The notes: generated by a model not told the origin, from the sequence alone. DNA of 63,149 nucleotides, filler included, from Rhabdomonas costata (GCA_019059605.1; 37 parts of 37 records of this genome joined end to end with filler, not necessarily neighbours in it), one strand, 5' to 3'; counted from the whole stretch's first letter, positions 23,461 to 37,695 are shown. Numbers and translations: made by a program.

Positions 23461-25243
23461 TCCAGAGTTTTCTGCGCTTTCTTCGAGCTGCATTGACATT
23501 GAAGAACGTGTATGACGCCGGGTTTTTGTTTCTGGAGATTGACCGCAATACGCAGATAATTATTGCTCTTTGTCGCAGTGCATGGTTTGAGCTTCACTGT
23601 GATACATTTCTCACTCATAGGCACCATGTGACCTCCTTCCAACACTGTTCTTTGAATAGTGCCTGGTAACAGCAGACAATAGACTCATTGAAGAATCTGT
23701 TTGATTTCAGAGGATTTAAGTTGTGGCATTTCCGCATGTCTTCCATATCATCTAGCCACTCTGATTATTTTACCATCAAACAGAAAAGCACACTCTCCAG
23801 CTCACCCTCTCAGGTCAAGCTTTGGCATATTGTGGCTCACCACCACCCNNNNNNNNNNNNNNNNNNNNNNNNNNNNNNNNNNNNNNNNNNNNTTAATTAA
23901 TTAANNNNNNNNNNNNNNNNNNNNNNNNNNNNNNNNNNNNNNNNNNNNATATTTGGTGGTTTGTACTGACCACAATGCTTGCAAGCATGACAGTCTTGAA
24001 AAAGCAGACTCTAACGTTCTTTGCACACAGAGAAGGTGCGCGAGTTTTGCCAAAGCACACTCTGCCTCGTTACAAAGAGTAAAGCACACAGTGTCAATGT
24101 GGTCCGCGCCGGACACCGTCTTGCCATCGGGGAGCCGGACTTTCTGCAAAAGCGAGGGCGGCAGCGCGTGTGCGCGAAGGGAGGATTCCAGAAAAGGAGG
24201 GGAGGCACAAGAAGGAAAGAAATAGCCATGACTATGGGACCCGGCATGCAAGTTGCAAGGTGGAAGGGGAAAGCATTTTCGCTTTGACAAGTGTTATTTC
24301 GAAGGAGGCCACGTTGCGCAGGAGGTTTTACCCTTCTGACCAATCAAAGTAGAATTGCACATACGTTTGTTGGGGTAAGCTTCACAGCCTCAGGGTAACC
24401 TTCGCCCAAAGAAGCATGGCTGCTATATAGGCGACCAAAGCTGCGTCCCAGGCGGCGCATGATGGTTTGCAGAAAGAGACGGACAAAACACAAATTCTAA
24501 AAGAAGTACAAGTCCACGAAAGCACCTAGCACACAGGCCCGCCTTCCGTCCCTTTACCCACAATATCCGCGTTTATATTGCATTGTCTTGTTCGCGGACC
24601 CTGAACACTCTGCGTTAGCCGGAAGGTGGTTTCAAAAAACGGTTTCAAAAAATTTCAAAAAAATTTCCAAAAACATCCAGAAGATCCGAAAATCCGATTC
24701 GCAGACCGGCCAAGGGTGAAATCACGGGCGAAATTCTGGATGTCTGGGCGAGCAGAACGGGAGTTTACCGCTGGAAATCGTCAAACTTTGGGACCCCCCC
24801 TCCTTTTCAAAACACTTGCACACCAGGACTTGGGCCCGCACTCTTTTCCGTCGGAACTCTCTCAGCAGTGGAGTTGGCGCGACACTTTGTCACCTGAAGT
24901 GTGTGGCTAATGGATGACGGCCAAAAGGAACACAATAGCTGCCTCAGTTCCAGCAAGCGCTGTTCCCATTATGGAGAAACTTAGTCTTTACATTTATTGG
25001 GAAAATTCGCGTGTTTGGAGTGAGCCGGAAACGTGGCAACTGTGGCATCCACTGTGTCTTCTATCACACTTCACCATGGCGTTACCGTGATGGCTTCACG
25101 TGGCTTTCTTGACCGACTTCGACTTGCCTTGCTACGCTCATGCTTGGGCGCGTTTGTGCGTTATGCTTTCTGTCAGTGTTTCTTCTCTGTTTTTTTTTGT
25201 TCTTTTCTTGTCCTTGCCCATGTGGGCTGCTTGGCGCAGCACG

Positions 25244-25244
<1 letters not shown>

Positions 25245-25280
<36 letters not shown>
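25245..25280. repeat. (CA)n microsatellite
   Basis: About 18 CA units. Confidence 0.97.
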
Positions 25281-25281
<1 letters not shown>

Positions 25282-26559
25282 CTCAATTGAACGACTCCAC
25301 TGTCTTCTTGCGTGACTTCCTCCAAGCAAGATTGATTGGGCACCTTTCCTCCGATGAGCGGGCGCCTCAAGTCCGCCAGCGGATATGGAGCGCAACGTCC
25401 ACTTCTCAGTAAAGGAACTGTTGCTAGGAGAAGGTCATCGAAAAGGTCACAAACACCGATGTGATTTGATAAACCAGCTGCTGAGAGCAGCGTATCCGTG
25501 CCAGTCCGAGTTCTGCAGGGATGACAGACATGCTCACAGGCCCCAGTCCCACCCCCACACNNNNNNNNNNNNNNNNNNNNNNNNNNNNNNNNNNNNNNNN
25601 NNNNTTAATTAATTAANNNNNNNNNNNNNNNNNNNNNNNNNNNNNNNNNNNNNNNNNNNNTTCAACCATTTATCATCCGACGCTTTCCTTAGCACCAGCT
25701 GAAAAGAATGAGGCGAAAAGGGAAGCAACCGCTGTGCTTGAAAGAGAATGGCAGGTGTCTATATCCGTGGCCATATTTCTTCTCATGGATCAATTGAACA
25801 GATGATTAAAGGTACCTGTAGAAGGGCATATTGTGCTCATATGCCACAACGTTTGCCCTCTTTGTAAGGCATTTGCAATCTCATGCTCACAACCGTGCAG
25901 TTTTATGGCATTTTTCCTGTGTTGAGTCAATTGCGTGACATTTTTCATCATTCAATACTATTGGCCATTCAGCTTTGGCCTCCAAAACTGTGTCATCAAG
26001 GCCTTTTCTGAAATGTAATCCAAATATCTTCCCCATGTGTAATAATAAAAAAATAAAAAATGACGTGAGATAAAAGAACATTTTGAATCATTTACATAAC
26101 AATTTGCCTCAGTGTGCACTTTTATTGGACCTGAATGGCTCTAGGCGTCACCAAAGGTCACGGCGAAATTACCCAAGAAGGTTTTCTTGGCAGGCGCCAT
26201 TCGCCTTCAGGTCAAAGTGTTTCAATATGTACAGAAGCTGATAACACCGGTGCCTGGAATGCAGCAGCAAATACAAATGGGTAGATATCATTTCACAAAA
26301 GGACCTGAAATAACCAATGCATAAGCCATAGCGGCCGTTTACAGCGCAACCACGCCACTCACAGATCTTCTGCATAATGTCTGTCAAGTGGGAATCTCTT
26401 GACATGTGTGAAGTTTTTGGGCAGTTTCAAGTGTGCGATAGCAAGGATATTTTCGGTATGTTGTTTGATTCAAGATACCGAAATCTACCTATGATTTAAC
26501 AGCATTAATTGACCTCAATCTGCACCCATGTGCACGTGCCACGTGCAGCTCAAAAAATC

Positions 26560-26770
26560 TCCCATCAAATATCTTTTCACACACATGACATAATGCTGCC
26601 AATTTTCCTCCAGAGTTTTGGCGTATACCAACATGTCGTCAGTGTAATCTCCTGCAAGATTACAACTGAGATTACAGGTCAATATTAGAGAAGTTGAATA
26701 AATATCTTGAACTTGATCCAACATCTCGTCAATGCGTTGTAGTGGTTACATGTTGATGTGTCTGTATTTC
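26560..26770 (-). pseudogene. Decayed Ty3/gypsy reverse transcriptase remnant
   Basis: PLQRIDEMLDQV (consensus YPLPRIDELLD.L) and YTDDMLVYAKTLEENWQH (consensus YLDDILIYS.T.EEH..H), with the intervening RT motifs deleted. Confidence 0.65.
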
Positions 26771-27723
26771 ACTGCCATCTCAGATTCCAGTTGTGGTTTG
26801 GAACAAAAATGATCACTGAGTCATACTTCCTTGATGTACATATGGTCCAGCAATCCTCTCAGCTTAAGCTGTAACTCGGCATCTCTTCTATGTACATCCG
26901 CTGAGCTTGGATGCGTAAAATCTTTGTACCACTTGTGTGTACTTGGAGCTGTATCAACTGAAGTGGCCGCTTGATTAAGGTTATTTATCGTCTCCTGAAC
27001 GTCTTTGAGCGCAGACAGCTTCTTACGCTTCCACATATTCATTTGTAATCAGCTGCTAGCAGCGCATGTATGTAATGATATGAAGGTACTACATACTCCA
27101 GACAATAGAGACATGCGGCAAAGTGACTCCTCCCTTGGGCTTGTTTTGGGTGTTCTAAAACACCAGAAGCGGCATGTCTCCAATTCCAGAGGATAAAAAA
27201 CCAACTTCATCTGGCACACACCATGGGAAAATTATTGCGAATCACACCCAATAAAAGTCTTACATGCAACNNNNNNNNNNNNNNNNNNNNNNNNNNNNNN
27301 NNNNNNNNNNNNNNTTAATTAATTAANNNNNNNNNNNNNNNNNNNNNNNNNNNNNNNNNNNNNNNNNNNNGGTGTGGGGTGTGGGTACGACAAGAGCGTC
27401 GGGTGGTTGTTGGTTGGTAAGGGTGCTTTTTTTTTTGCGATCTTTATTTTGAGTTTCCGAGGGGTGCGTGAGCCGGTTGTAATGTTATTGGTTGGTTTTG
27501 GAGCCAGCTGTTGTGCGTATAAGGTGTAAGCGATGCGTCAATGCTCCTAAGAATGAAAAGTGTCTTCCTTCCTTTCTGGGGGGCGTTTTCTCAGTGAGGA
27601 AATGGCTCATTACCACCAAGATGAGACCTGTATACCCCGTCATTTTAACCCGCTCGTGGTCCCATGTTCTTCTCCACCCACCCACCTACTTACCGACCAA
27701 TGTGGCGCCTTTCTCGTGAATAG

Positions 27724-28980
27724 GTACGTGGATGAAGTAAGGATCTGGTCCGTCGCCCTGACCCAGAGCGAGATCGAACGCAACATGCACACTCGGTGTG
27801 GAGTGTGGGGTGTGGGGAATGCGGGTTCTCAGAACAAAGTCGCTTCCTGTGTTGAAAAAGCATTTACAGAGACACTCATACGAAAAAGTAAGAAGGTGAA
27901 TGCTGAGAAGCAAGACGAATATACCGACCACCAAGCTGAAAAACTGCAATGTCGTTTTAAGTCCGGGACACAATGCAGTCAAATCAATTAAAGGAATCGA
28001 ATCGGCACCGATGGAAAATAAGAATTATTTGCATGTTGAGCACTTGTCTGAATTTGTGTAAGCATTGTGGTCAGAGAGCGATACGGTATAGGTGAAGACC
28101 CCAGACCAGTAGAGAACATTGTGGGCAACATGTGGGCAAGTGGTAAGGAAGGGAAATTGATGAAACTGCGGCATGCCACAGAAACGCGGAAGAGCGTTTG
28201 AGGTTGGCGGATGCTCGTGCTAATTTGCATGTTTGTTTGACAGTAAGTAAGTGAGTGTGTGTGGCAAAGCACACAAAGTTTGCTTTGATGCGAGTGCCGT
28301 CAGGATGGTGAGGACGTGGGGAAGGGAGGGTGTTCAGTTGGAAGGACTGGTGTGTGGCTGGATACTTCCACTGATGCCGATGCCCTGACCAGATGGTGTT
28401 TTTTGCATTCGTGTATTTGTCGGTTCGGTTTCTTTTCGCTTCGCGGCCTCCTTTCGTCTGTGTTTCCTGCTAAAACATTCTTGGCCAGTGTGCTTGCTGT
28501 TGTCTCAAGCACTTCGCCAACAGCTGTGACTTGCTAAGAAGATGTCCCGATTCCTGCGACTTTGCCGACCAACTGGGATAGCATTATTTTAGGGCACTCC
28601 TTTGCCTCACAGGTTGGGCAATAGGCGTATCGATTCGTAATCGTTATCCTTTGCGAAAACCTTTTCTTGCCTGGGATTTCAATTCGAACTCGGACCACCA
28701 ACATACCCTCGTGTGCCCCCCCTCAGACTCCTTGGGACTTCTTATCAGTGTCCGAGAAGATTCCCCAGGCCTGGTCGCCCAGTGGCACTTCGATGATCTT
28801 TTGGACTCCTCCAACGCCTGGACCACCACCAGCGCCCAGAACCTCACGCTGTACCTCCTGGACAGCACCTTAACCAGCACCCTTGGCTCGGGCTGCGGCA
28901 GTGCTTTGCGCCCCATGGGCTCTGCGGTGGCCCCAGCGATCCGCCACTCGGAGCGCCCCTTTGTGGTGATCAACAACCAC
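27724..28980 (+). CDS. LamG/concanavalin-A-like domain protein, two exons
   Basis: Exon 27724-27795 YVDEVRIWSVALTQSEIERNMHTR joins, via a phase-2 GT-AG intron, exon 28749-28980 VREDSPGLVAQWHFDD. Both match LamG-like motifs (IDEVRIW..ALS..EI and GLVA.W.FD). Confidence 0.8.
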
Positions 28981-29139
28981 NNNNNNNNNNNNNNNNNNNN
29001 NNNNNNNNNNNNNNNNNNNNNNNNTTAATTAATTAANNNNNNNNNNNNNNNNNNNNNNNNNNNNNNNNNNNNNNNNNNNNGTTGTTGGGTCCTGGGCACC
29101 CGCTGGATAAAAAAGAGCGTGGGCAAGGAGGGTGGGGGT

Positions 29140-30480
29140 GGCACACACCAGGACAGCGGAAGGGCATCGGCCTGCGCAAAGACTTTCCGGCTTGCCCCGC
29201 GGACCAGAATTTCAAAGGTCAGGCTCTTCTCCGGGGGGACCTCTCGGGGAGCCGGCAGGAGCTCCAGAGTTCCGGGCCACTCCGTAACCACCTGAGACAG
29301 GGGCAAAGGGTACCTAAGGTTATGAGGATTACACCGACCTCATCTACCCACAGAGTATCTTTGCACCACAGAAAAGGAGAGAACGGTGGGCGAGGGGAGG
29401 GGGCGTCTCCCCAACCTGCACCAGGAGTCTGTTGTCTGAGTTTCGGCGGTCCGTGACAAGCACGGCGGCGGCGCCGGCGCGGTCCCCGACCTGCAGAGTG
29501 CACCCCTGCAGGACCTCAAAGTAGGGGTTGGGCTCAGCACAGCAGTCGTAGGCCCCACTTCCTCCCACAATGGGCAGCTGGTACCTGAGACGCGACGCAG
29601 CCCACACAGGCAAACTTTTCCCTGGAACGGACATAAAAAATTTGCACCTCGAAATAGGAACAAATGTCGATCTGGTTGTGACGATTTCTTGCATTCTGGA
29701 TTGAGATGAGGCTGCCACAAAACACCCGAAGGACCGAACATCAAGCTGCAAAAAGCGCAAAGTTCAGTTACCAATGTTGGTCACGTTTTTGGGGAGCCCA
29801 CTTATTCCCCCTTCATGGAGGTGTTGATGCTCGATCCATGAATATTCCTCAGAGGGAGCGAGGGAAGAGTTCCCAACAAGGGGGGGCCTACCGCTGCCTT
29901 GCTGTAGTATGGAGGGGTAGGTACACAGAGCTGTCCTTGTTCATCTCTTCCGCCGCGCCGCGCTCCAGCCGTAGCCTGCATCACCCGCCCCCCACCAGTC
30001 AGGCAGCACGCACAGGCACAGGGACTGCGAAACAAGGCACAGGCCGGGAAACCACACACTGCAATTTCAAAAAACAATCCGACAATGCATTACGCCAAAG
30101 CCCGAGAAGAAGCGGACCCCTCCGTCCAACATCAAAGCACGAATATAACTTCCATGGACCATGAAGATGCCGTTCTGGATCCCCAAAATCAAATTTCTTT
30201 TTAAAAAAAGTAACGGATAGCTCGTGGCCCCTGAGATCTCGGAAGAAAGTGACCAACGTCCAATTCCAGACCTGTGCTCGGCAACAAACGTCTGTGGGAA
30301 GGTCCTCACACAGCTTCCCGGTAGGGCTGTGCCCTCGGTCATCACAGTGGGGTCCGACTTCAGCACCAGACAGCTGGTGAGGGTGAAGGTCCCATTTTCC
30401 GTCACACGGAACCGCAGCACGTTGGGGGGCTCGGTGTACGCCAAGTCAGGGAGGATCGACCGCTGTGCACCACAGCCATA
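29140..30480 (-). CDS. Multi-exon hypothetical protein (beta-rich, possibly extracellular)
   Basis: Three GC-rich coding-like blocks near 30480-30270, 29585-29490 and 29293-29140, some with CAG and GT flanks. No family recognised; boundaries approximate. Confidence 0.4.
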
Positions 30481-32498
30481 AGCTTTACGCGAAAACACGA
30501 TCGGAAAAATCAGAAATTCCGAAAGCAGGCGGCAAGGCAGCGGCAGAGAGCTGAGATCGTCATGAATCGGCATGTGAATCCTTTAAGCATCGGCGAACGG
30601 ATGCGAAGAAAGCGCAAGAAAGAATGGAAAAGAAGACAAAAGAAAGCGGTTACGGAAATCCCGTTTTCGGAATGTCATGACAAAAAACCNNNNNNNNNNN
30701 NNNNNNNNNNNNNNNNNNNNNNNNNNNNNNNNNTTAATTAATTAANNNNNNNNNNNNNNNNNNNNNNNNNNNNNNNNNNNNNNNNNNNNTGTGGTGTTGG
30801 AACAGACATAGAGAACTACACGTCTTCTTTGTAGAGATGTGCGGCTTGACGCAACTCACGCCCTTATACAAAACCTCACTGGCCTTTTCTTCATTGTATC
30901 TTTTGGCTACATTGCCTTTGGACAACCTCTCACGCTGACACCTCCGCTATCAAGAAGACGTGTAGTTCTCTATGTCTGTTTCAACACTCCCTTGACCTCG
31001 TCCCTCCCCCTCTTTATTTCCTCCACACCCTCACTCAGCTTTTGTCTCTGGAGCAGTTTGTTCTCATCCCTGTTACGTTCAACTTGGTCCGTTCTACTGC
31101 TCCCGTGCCTCATCATAATCTACTTCGCACCACACAGTGCCGGAAAATCGTGTGCGGTTGATCCACACAAGGACCTTCGTGCGGATATCGCAAGTGCAAA
31201 TTTAAAAGAAGAGAAACTGTCACCAAACTGTTACCTTTTTGACTTAGAAGGGGTTTTGGGTTGGTAAAAATGTCAAAAGGTGTAAACCATGTCAACGCAG
31301 TTGTGTCAAATCGTCCTTTGATGTTCCTGTTACTTTTTCTGTGATTTTTCAGGTGAGTGGGTGACATTAGGTGCAGCTTCTTGCTTCTAACTCTTGACAT
31401 GACGCGGACCCATTCTTCCATTCATGAGGACAACAAATAAATAAAGGCGCCTCCTGGAAGTTGGAGTGTTTCTGATTCTTTTGACGATAAGGACACCGCA
31501 CGACATTGCGCACTCCCGCACGACCGGCAAGGCCTTAAACGCTCCAGTTTCTGGGCACCATTCCCCACCACCAGGCAAAGTCGCAAACAACACAAACATC
31601 CAGACCTCAACACAGAGGCTGAGATGGGTGCCGCAGTGTGTAAAGGGGGCGAGTGGGAGGAGGAAGGAAGGGGGGGAAGCGGACGCTTCCGTTGGTAATC
31701 ATCACGCATGCGGAAACCCATTGAGCTTCCAGGAAACTGACCGAAGACAGCTCAACTGGGAGAGAGAGAGATCGTGACAGAGAGCGTTGCGCCCTCGAAA
31801 GGAAAAGAAGGTGAGAAGTGAAGGAAGAAGCTTTCTGGCGTGAGAGGAGAAACTGCGGGGCCGAGGGTCAAATGGCACTTCTTTCAGCCGCGGGTGTACA
31901 GGTAAATGTGTGCATGCGTGTGCGTGGGTAGGTGCTGAAACCTTTTTGCAGCCAAGATGGTACGAGAGGCAATGCGAAGAAGTAGGCTTGACTGCGTACA
32001 CAGTACACAGAACCGTTTTTCCCGCTCCTGGTCACAGGTAAAATAACAGTGATCAACGGGGACGCACTACCACTTCGGCACAGGGAGAAGCCAACCTACC
32101 ATCCTACCCCACCCTACCTACTCCCCTACCTACTACTCGTTTAATTGTTCCTCTTTGGACTCCGTACCACCCATACATCACTGTCAGTTGCTTATACATC
32201 CACACATCGGCCCATCATCAACTGAAGGGTTAGCTTTTTGGCAGGTATGTGCTTTAATATGCACGGTACTGCACGCCGCGGCTTCAAAAAGCATCTGACC
32301 CATCAAAGGAGCAGCAATGAGAGAGTGAGAGGATACACAACTTCAGCACCGAACAAAAAGCCAACAGTTACACCAACATTACCTGGCACCACACCCACNN
32401 NNNNNNNNNNNNNNNNNNNNNNNNNNNNNNNNNNNNNNNNNNTTAATTAATTAANNNNNNNNNNNNNNNNNNNNNNNNNNNNNNNNNNNNNNNNNNNN

Positions 32499-33454
32499 CC
32501 TCCATGGCCATCTCAAGCTTGCCTTGCTGGTGATCCGCTGGGCTCTTTGTAGTTTCCCCTGTGCTCTGCTCTCCTTCTTGCCTCCGTCCTCCATGGCCAT
32601 CTCGTCCTCATCCTCGATGGTGACTTTCTGGACCGCTCCCGCATATGTGGATGTGGATAATGACGGCCTGTTGACTGTGGAAATCCATTCAATCGGTGTC
32701 GTATGGCTTGGTTTTGGCTTGGTAAACTTAGCCGCCGGTATGAAACTGGTACCTGACCACGTATGCTCATAGACTGCGCCAGGGGCCTCGCTACGCTCCC
32801 TCTTGGTTTCCGTAACCGAATGCTGTACCAACGCTGGCCTCAACTTTGGAACTGTATCTGGAGCGGCCTTGTGAACTGCACTCTCTGTGGAAGTCGAGGG
32901 CGTGTCTATGGCCACCCATGTAATGGTGGTTCCCGTCCATTGCTGTGCACTGTCTCCTCTGGCAGGTTCCACCAACGGTCACCTACCCATCTTCAGCTGT
33001 CGCAGAATCTCTCCCAACGTATCTGCAACTGGTGGCTGTGAGGGGGCTTTGTGACCAGAGTGACATACTTTACCAACTGCCTCGTCTCTGGAAGATGGGA
33101 CAACAATTATCTGGAAAGAAGCTTCCTCCTCAGAACCTCATTAAGCAACCCCTCGATATTCTCCCGTTCTGAAATCAGAACCGATCTGTCTATCTTTTCA
33201 ACCACTTCCATCACACACGCCACCATGGCATGATCCTCAAGCACTGGTGGAATGGTACTCTTGGTCGCTAAGTGTGGAGATCCCTGGGCAACCATCCTAC
33301 ACTCGTTCAACTCCTGCATAGCGTTAGCCATCTCAACTCTTTCCTGCTCCAGAATACCAACAAGATTCTTGATCTTTGCATTCTCTTTTCTGTCCCTGTA
33401 CTGATCTGAAATCCACTGCAATGCTTTCATCCACCCCGTAGTACTTTCTACCAC
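32499..33454 (-). pseudogene. Interrupted intronless ORF, possibly a retroelement gag-like remnant
   Basis: Helical, charged ORF segments (WMKALQWISDQYRDRKENAKIKNLVGILEQ...) broken by stops, with no splice pattern. No diagnostic motif. Confidence 0.3.
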
Positions 33455-35421
33455 TCCTACTATTCAGTCGCTCTGCAGTCTCTTTTTGCACCTTCTCTAA
33501 ATCTGTGGAAGACTCATCAAATCACTGCGCACAAGCCTCATACCGATTCTGTATATTGGCCCACACAAACGCGTTCAGAACTGCCCAGTAACGCTTCTCT
33601 GCAGGGGGCTTAGTGGTCTGTGACATCTCCACAACTCTGGAAGCACAGTAGCTCTGAAGTCAGTCACAACCAACAAACGCTCTGGAAACCCACCGTCCAG
33701 ACGCGCACACACAAAGCTCTGAAAGTAGTTATGAACCTCTGGAAATGTAGATCCAAGAACACTGAACTCTGAAAGCAGGAACTCTGGAATAAAAAGCTAG
33801 CTAAATACTACAGCGGTTGTGGAAAACACAACCATCTAGAGAAACTATGGAGATGGCACACGAGGTAGAGATGTTCCCCTCCCTCCTCACCTTCCACAAC
33901 CTTCCAACCAAGACCTGAGTCTGGAGTCTGGAAAGGGTACTCCTCTCTGGAAATTTTGTCTTGCACCTGAAAAGATGAAACAAATAATGTAAACACAAAT
34001 GCAAATAAGAAACGTCCATGGATCTTCCTAACTAAATTATTTCACACCATCTACACCACTTACACACTTGAAAACCCACTCCAACCCACCTATGTATAAA
34101 CCAACAACANNNNNNNNNNNNNNNNNNNNNNNNNNNNNNNNNNNNNNNNNNNNTTAATTAATTAANNNNNNNNNNNNNNNNNNNNNNNNNNNNNNNNNNN
34201 NNNNNNNNNGGTGTGGGGGTGAACGTCAAAAGTAGTGCCCGTCCAAAGCAAAAGCATGGGTTAGGACAATGCAGATGTCCTCCATAGCAGCGGAGGCCTC
34301 GTTCTGCCATCCATCTATTCCCACTTCTTCATTTGGTTCCAGAAAACGAAACCCAGCAAGAAGTTGTGAAGAAGTGGAGAGTATCCCAGCGGACTTTTCT
34401 ATCAGCGTTACGTCACCTCCCACCGCTTCGCGAGTACCACGGACAAATGCAATGGACGATTTTGCCCCCTCAATCCGAATCTTTATTGACAAGGAGCATT
34501 TCCCGCAGACAACTTTCACAACTGTACTTAGTTAGGAGGTTTTTATTTGGGGGGTGAACCCTTCAGTAGTATCTACCCAAGCCACGTCCACTCCATGGAA
34601 CGTCCCTAGCTGCCCGCCCCCGCGCACCACGGACTGGCCTCCGCACCTAAAATAATCGTATCCCACTCGTCGATCACTCGCGCATCAACGAATCCATAAA
34701 AGAAGAAATCGTTTAGCAGGGCAAAATAAATTTAATCCCCTTCCTCTCCAAATGCAGTTGTCCCCATACTGGTGCCATCGGTTAGCCAGTAAGACCAGCT
34801 TCTATGGAAACCCACTTCAGTGTCGATGACCAACGGCTCCGTAATGGACAATGAAGAACGAGAACAAGCACGACCCGTAGCAAAAGCAGCGCACTGTGCA
34901 AGTATATAGACACTGCCCAAAGCCACACCCGTCCGTCAACCGAGCCCTCACCCTATGGGGGAGGATTTGGGAATTCGAGGAAGGAAAATGAACACCGGGC
35001 ACTTAATTGAGCGCGCGCACACACAAAGAAGGCGCAATACAAATCAGGGTTTTGCATGGGTCGAGCAATACCCCCCATGCATTGCAGCACACAGCACACA
35101 CGCCAGCGGACGTACCAACTTAAAGTCCTTCTCCTATTCACTTGCAAACCATGCGGGCAATCAAAAGGGCCAATTTACGTGAATATGCGTGTTTATGTGA
35201 GCGTGGGCACCAGGATGAATGCGAGCATTGGGGTTGTGGAGACATCCTAACGTCAACACATTTCGCTTTCCCATGCAGAAGACGTTCCAGATGACGATAG
35301 CCCCCATCATCGAGTTCTCAGAGACTTGCGATACAGAGGGTCCCACCTATATACGGAACTCCGCCTCCCCAGGTGGGTGGGAGTGTCTGCCCTCTCTGTC
35401 TCAACGTAACGGAGCCAAGAC

Positions 35422-35655
35422 GTAGTCCGGCTCTCGGCCCTCCAGGAACCGCAGCAGCTCCCCCTTCACCGCGGCATAGGCCTTGGGTTTATTGTGGAGC
35501 GCGGGCAGGAGGTGCAACAGCTCGTCCGCGGCGGGGGAGTGGCGGTCCGGCGGGAGCGCGCGGAGGTCGTCCAGGGTTCGCTGCTGCCGCACTAGCACCT
35601 GCACGAAGTGCGAGTAGTACTCTCCAAAAGCTCTCCGCAGCCACTCCGGAGTAGC
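35422..35655 (-). CDS. Exon of an unknown alpha-helical protein
   Basis: CAG acceptor, then GC3-rich ATPEWLRRAFGEYYSHFVQVLVRQQRTLDDLR...GREPDY. Confidence 0.5.
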
Positions 35656-36388
35656 CTGTGCGAAAACAGATCGATCGGGGCAAGGGGAGGGGGGTGAGAT
35701 TTTCATCTCGATTCTTCGGTTACCTCATTTCTTTTCGTTACCGAATCAGAAGCACCCACAACACCCACAAAAGAGGCGGCAACATCGCCATTGATATGCC
35801 ACGTGTCACCCAAAAAAACNNNNNNNNNNNNNNNNNNNNNNNNNNNNNNNNNNNNNNNNNNNNTTAATTAATTAANNNNNNNNNNNNNNNNNNNNNNNNN
35901 NNNNNNNNNNNNNNNNNNNTGTGGTGGGTGTGGGTGGTGTGTTGGGGTGGGGGGCTGGTCACTGTGGCACAAGGGTGATGATATGTATGTGCGCGAGGCA
36001 ATTATATTGGGGTGTTGTGTAGATGAATGGCAGTAGTTATTTCGCAGCATAGTGGCTTGAATAAGACACATTTACTTCAATAGTTTGGGGCCGATATCAC
36101 AGAGTGATTTTTAAGGAGTTAGTGACCGTTGGCGAGAAGTTTAGAGAGAAAAAGGTGCGGCGTACGTTCCTTCCCTCGCCACATGCTCCCAACCGGTTGC
36201 ACTTTCTGCATCCGCAATGCAGGGTTGTGAAATATCCAATTCAGCTGTTGCTGCGACAACGTTTTTTGTCGTGCTCACATTTTGTTTCCGGCTCTCCCCT
36301 TCCATCCCCCGAGCCTCGTTTGCTGAAAGGGATATGTCCGCTTTTTTTTTGCTGGGTTTCATTCATATGTGGGTGGGTTCACTGTAGC

Positions 36389-36460
36389 CCCAAGATGAGC
36401 CTCGAGTCGTTCCGGGAGCTGGTTGTAAGTTGCGGAGGGAACGTCTCGTGGGCCTTCGAG
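36389..36460 (+). CDS. Short exon resembling the middle of a BRCT domain
   Basis: TAG acceptor, PKMSLESFRELVVSCGGNVSWAFE, GT donor. L.ELV..CGG.V is BRCT-like. Confidence 0.35.
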
Positions 36461-36964
36461 GTGGTGACCACGAGCAGCCCCCCAGGGCTCCTTCCGGGCA
36501 CCGCCTAAGATGGGAAGAATATTCCCACACCCCCTTGTGTTTCTGCACCTGTGCATGGCTTTGTGCTTGTCTGTCCAGCCCGCTGTTGCAGTCTGTACTG
36601 ACTTTTCCTCACGCTTGGTTATTTGTGTGTGTGTGTGTGTGTGTGCGTGTGGGAAGGACAATTCTTTGGATTGCATCTCTGTTTAAGGATTCGGGTGTTC
36701 AGCGGGCACGTCTCCACTGACGGCGGCGCAGGCCTGCTTGCCCCCCGATTTTGTGTGAAGTTTCAAGTGGCATGTTTTTGAGTTAATGGCTCCCACTGTA
36801 CACTGCCTTTCTCTCCTCCACTGTGCAGCCTGCATCAGTAGTGGTTTTTTGTCCCTTGAAAAAGGGTTGAGGTGAAAGCACCTTGTTTGTTTTCCATCCT
36901 TTGGGCCTTCTTCATGGTATCCCTTGGACGGGGAAAGGGCCGCTCGAATTTTAATCATGGTAGA

Positions 36965-37530
36965 AGACCCTCGCATGCAGATCGCAGCGGGGCTGCGGCG
37001 ACTCTGTACCCTCCTACAAGTTTCGCCGCCACCGATGTTGAGAATGGCCCATTGGTGCGGTTTCCCTTTCTACCCGCCAACCCCACTTTCTTTTTTCCTT
37101 TCCCTCTTTTTTCACTGTGGGAGATGCCTGGCTTTGTTTTGTTCGGTTTTTCTGAAGAACCCTTTGATTGTGTTTCGATGTGGCAGTCTTGAGATGAGGG
37201 TGAGATGCCAAGACAGGTGCAGGTTTCCCACTGCTCGCTGTCGATATGCTCACCCGAGAATGTTGCAAGCTTCCATGTGGGCTTCGTACACCGCTGCAAG
37301 GCTTCTTTTGCCTGCGGCAGGCAGCACCCTGGTACTTTTTGAACGAGCAGTCTGGGTCCCGTGGGAAGGCAGCATTTTTACTGCTGGAACAGCACACCGG
37401 GCAGGATGCCGGACAGAAGAGACCCTCGCATGCAGATCGCAGCGGGGCTGCGGCGACTCTGTACCCTCCTACAAGTTTCGCCGCCACCGATGTTGAGAAT
37501 GGCCCATTGGTGCGGTTTCCCTTTCTACCC
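36965..37530 (+). repeat. Exact 111-bp direct repeat (36965-37075 and 37420-37530)
   Basis: AGACCCTCGCATGCAGATCGC...TTTCCCTTTCTACCC occurs twice. The second copy ends at the contig end. Confidence 0.93.
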
Positions 37531-37695
37531 NNNNNNNNNNNNNNNNNNNNNNNNNNNNNNNNNNNNNNNNNNNNTTAATTAATTAANNNNNNNNNNNNNN
37601 NNNNNNNNNNNNNNNNNNNNNNNNNNNNNNGGGGGGGGGGGGGGGTGCACTGTGCTCTCATTCTTTTTTTCTCACCTGGGGCACAACTGGCACAG

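Noticed and set aside
30801-30980. 29-bp inverted repeat at a contig start
   Set aside because: Terminal position with primer-like mismatches; fold-back artefact.
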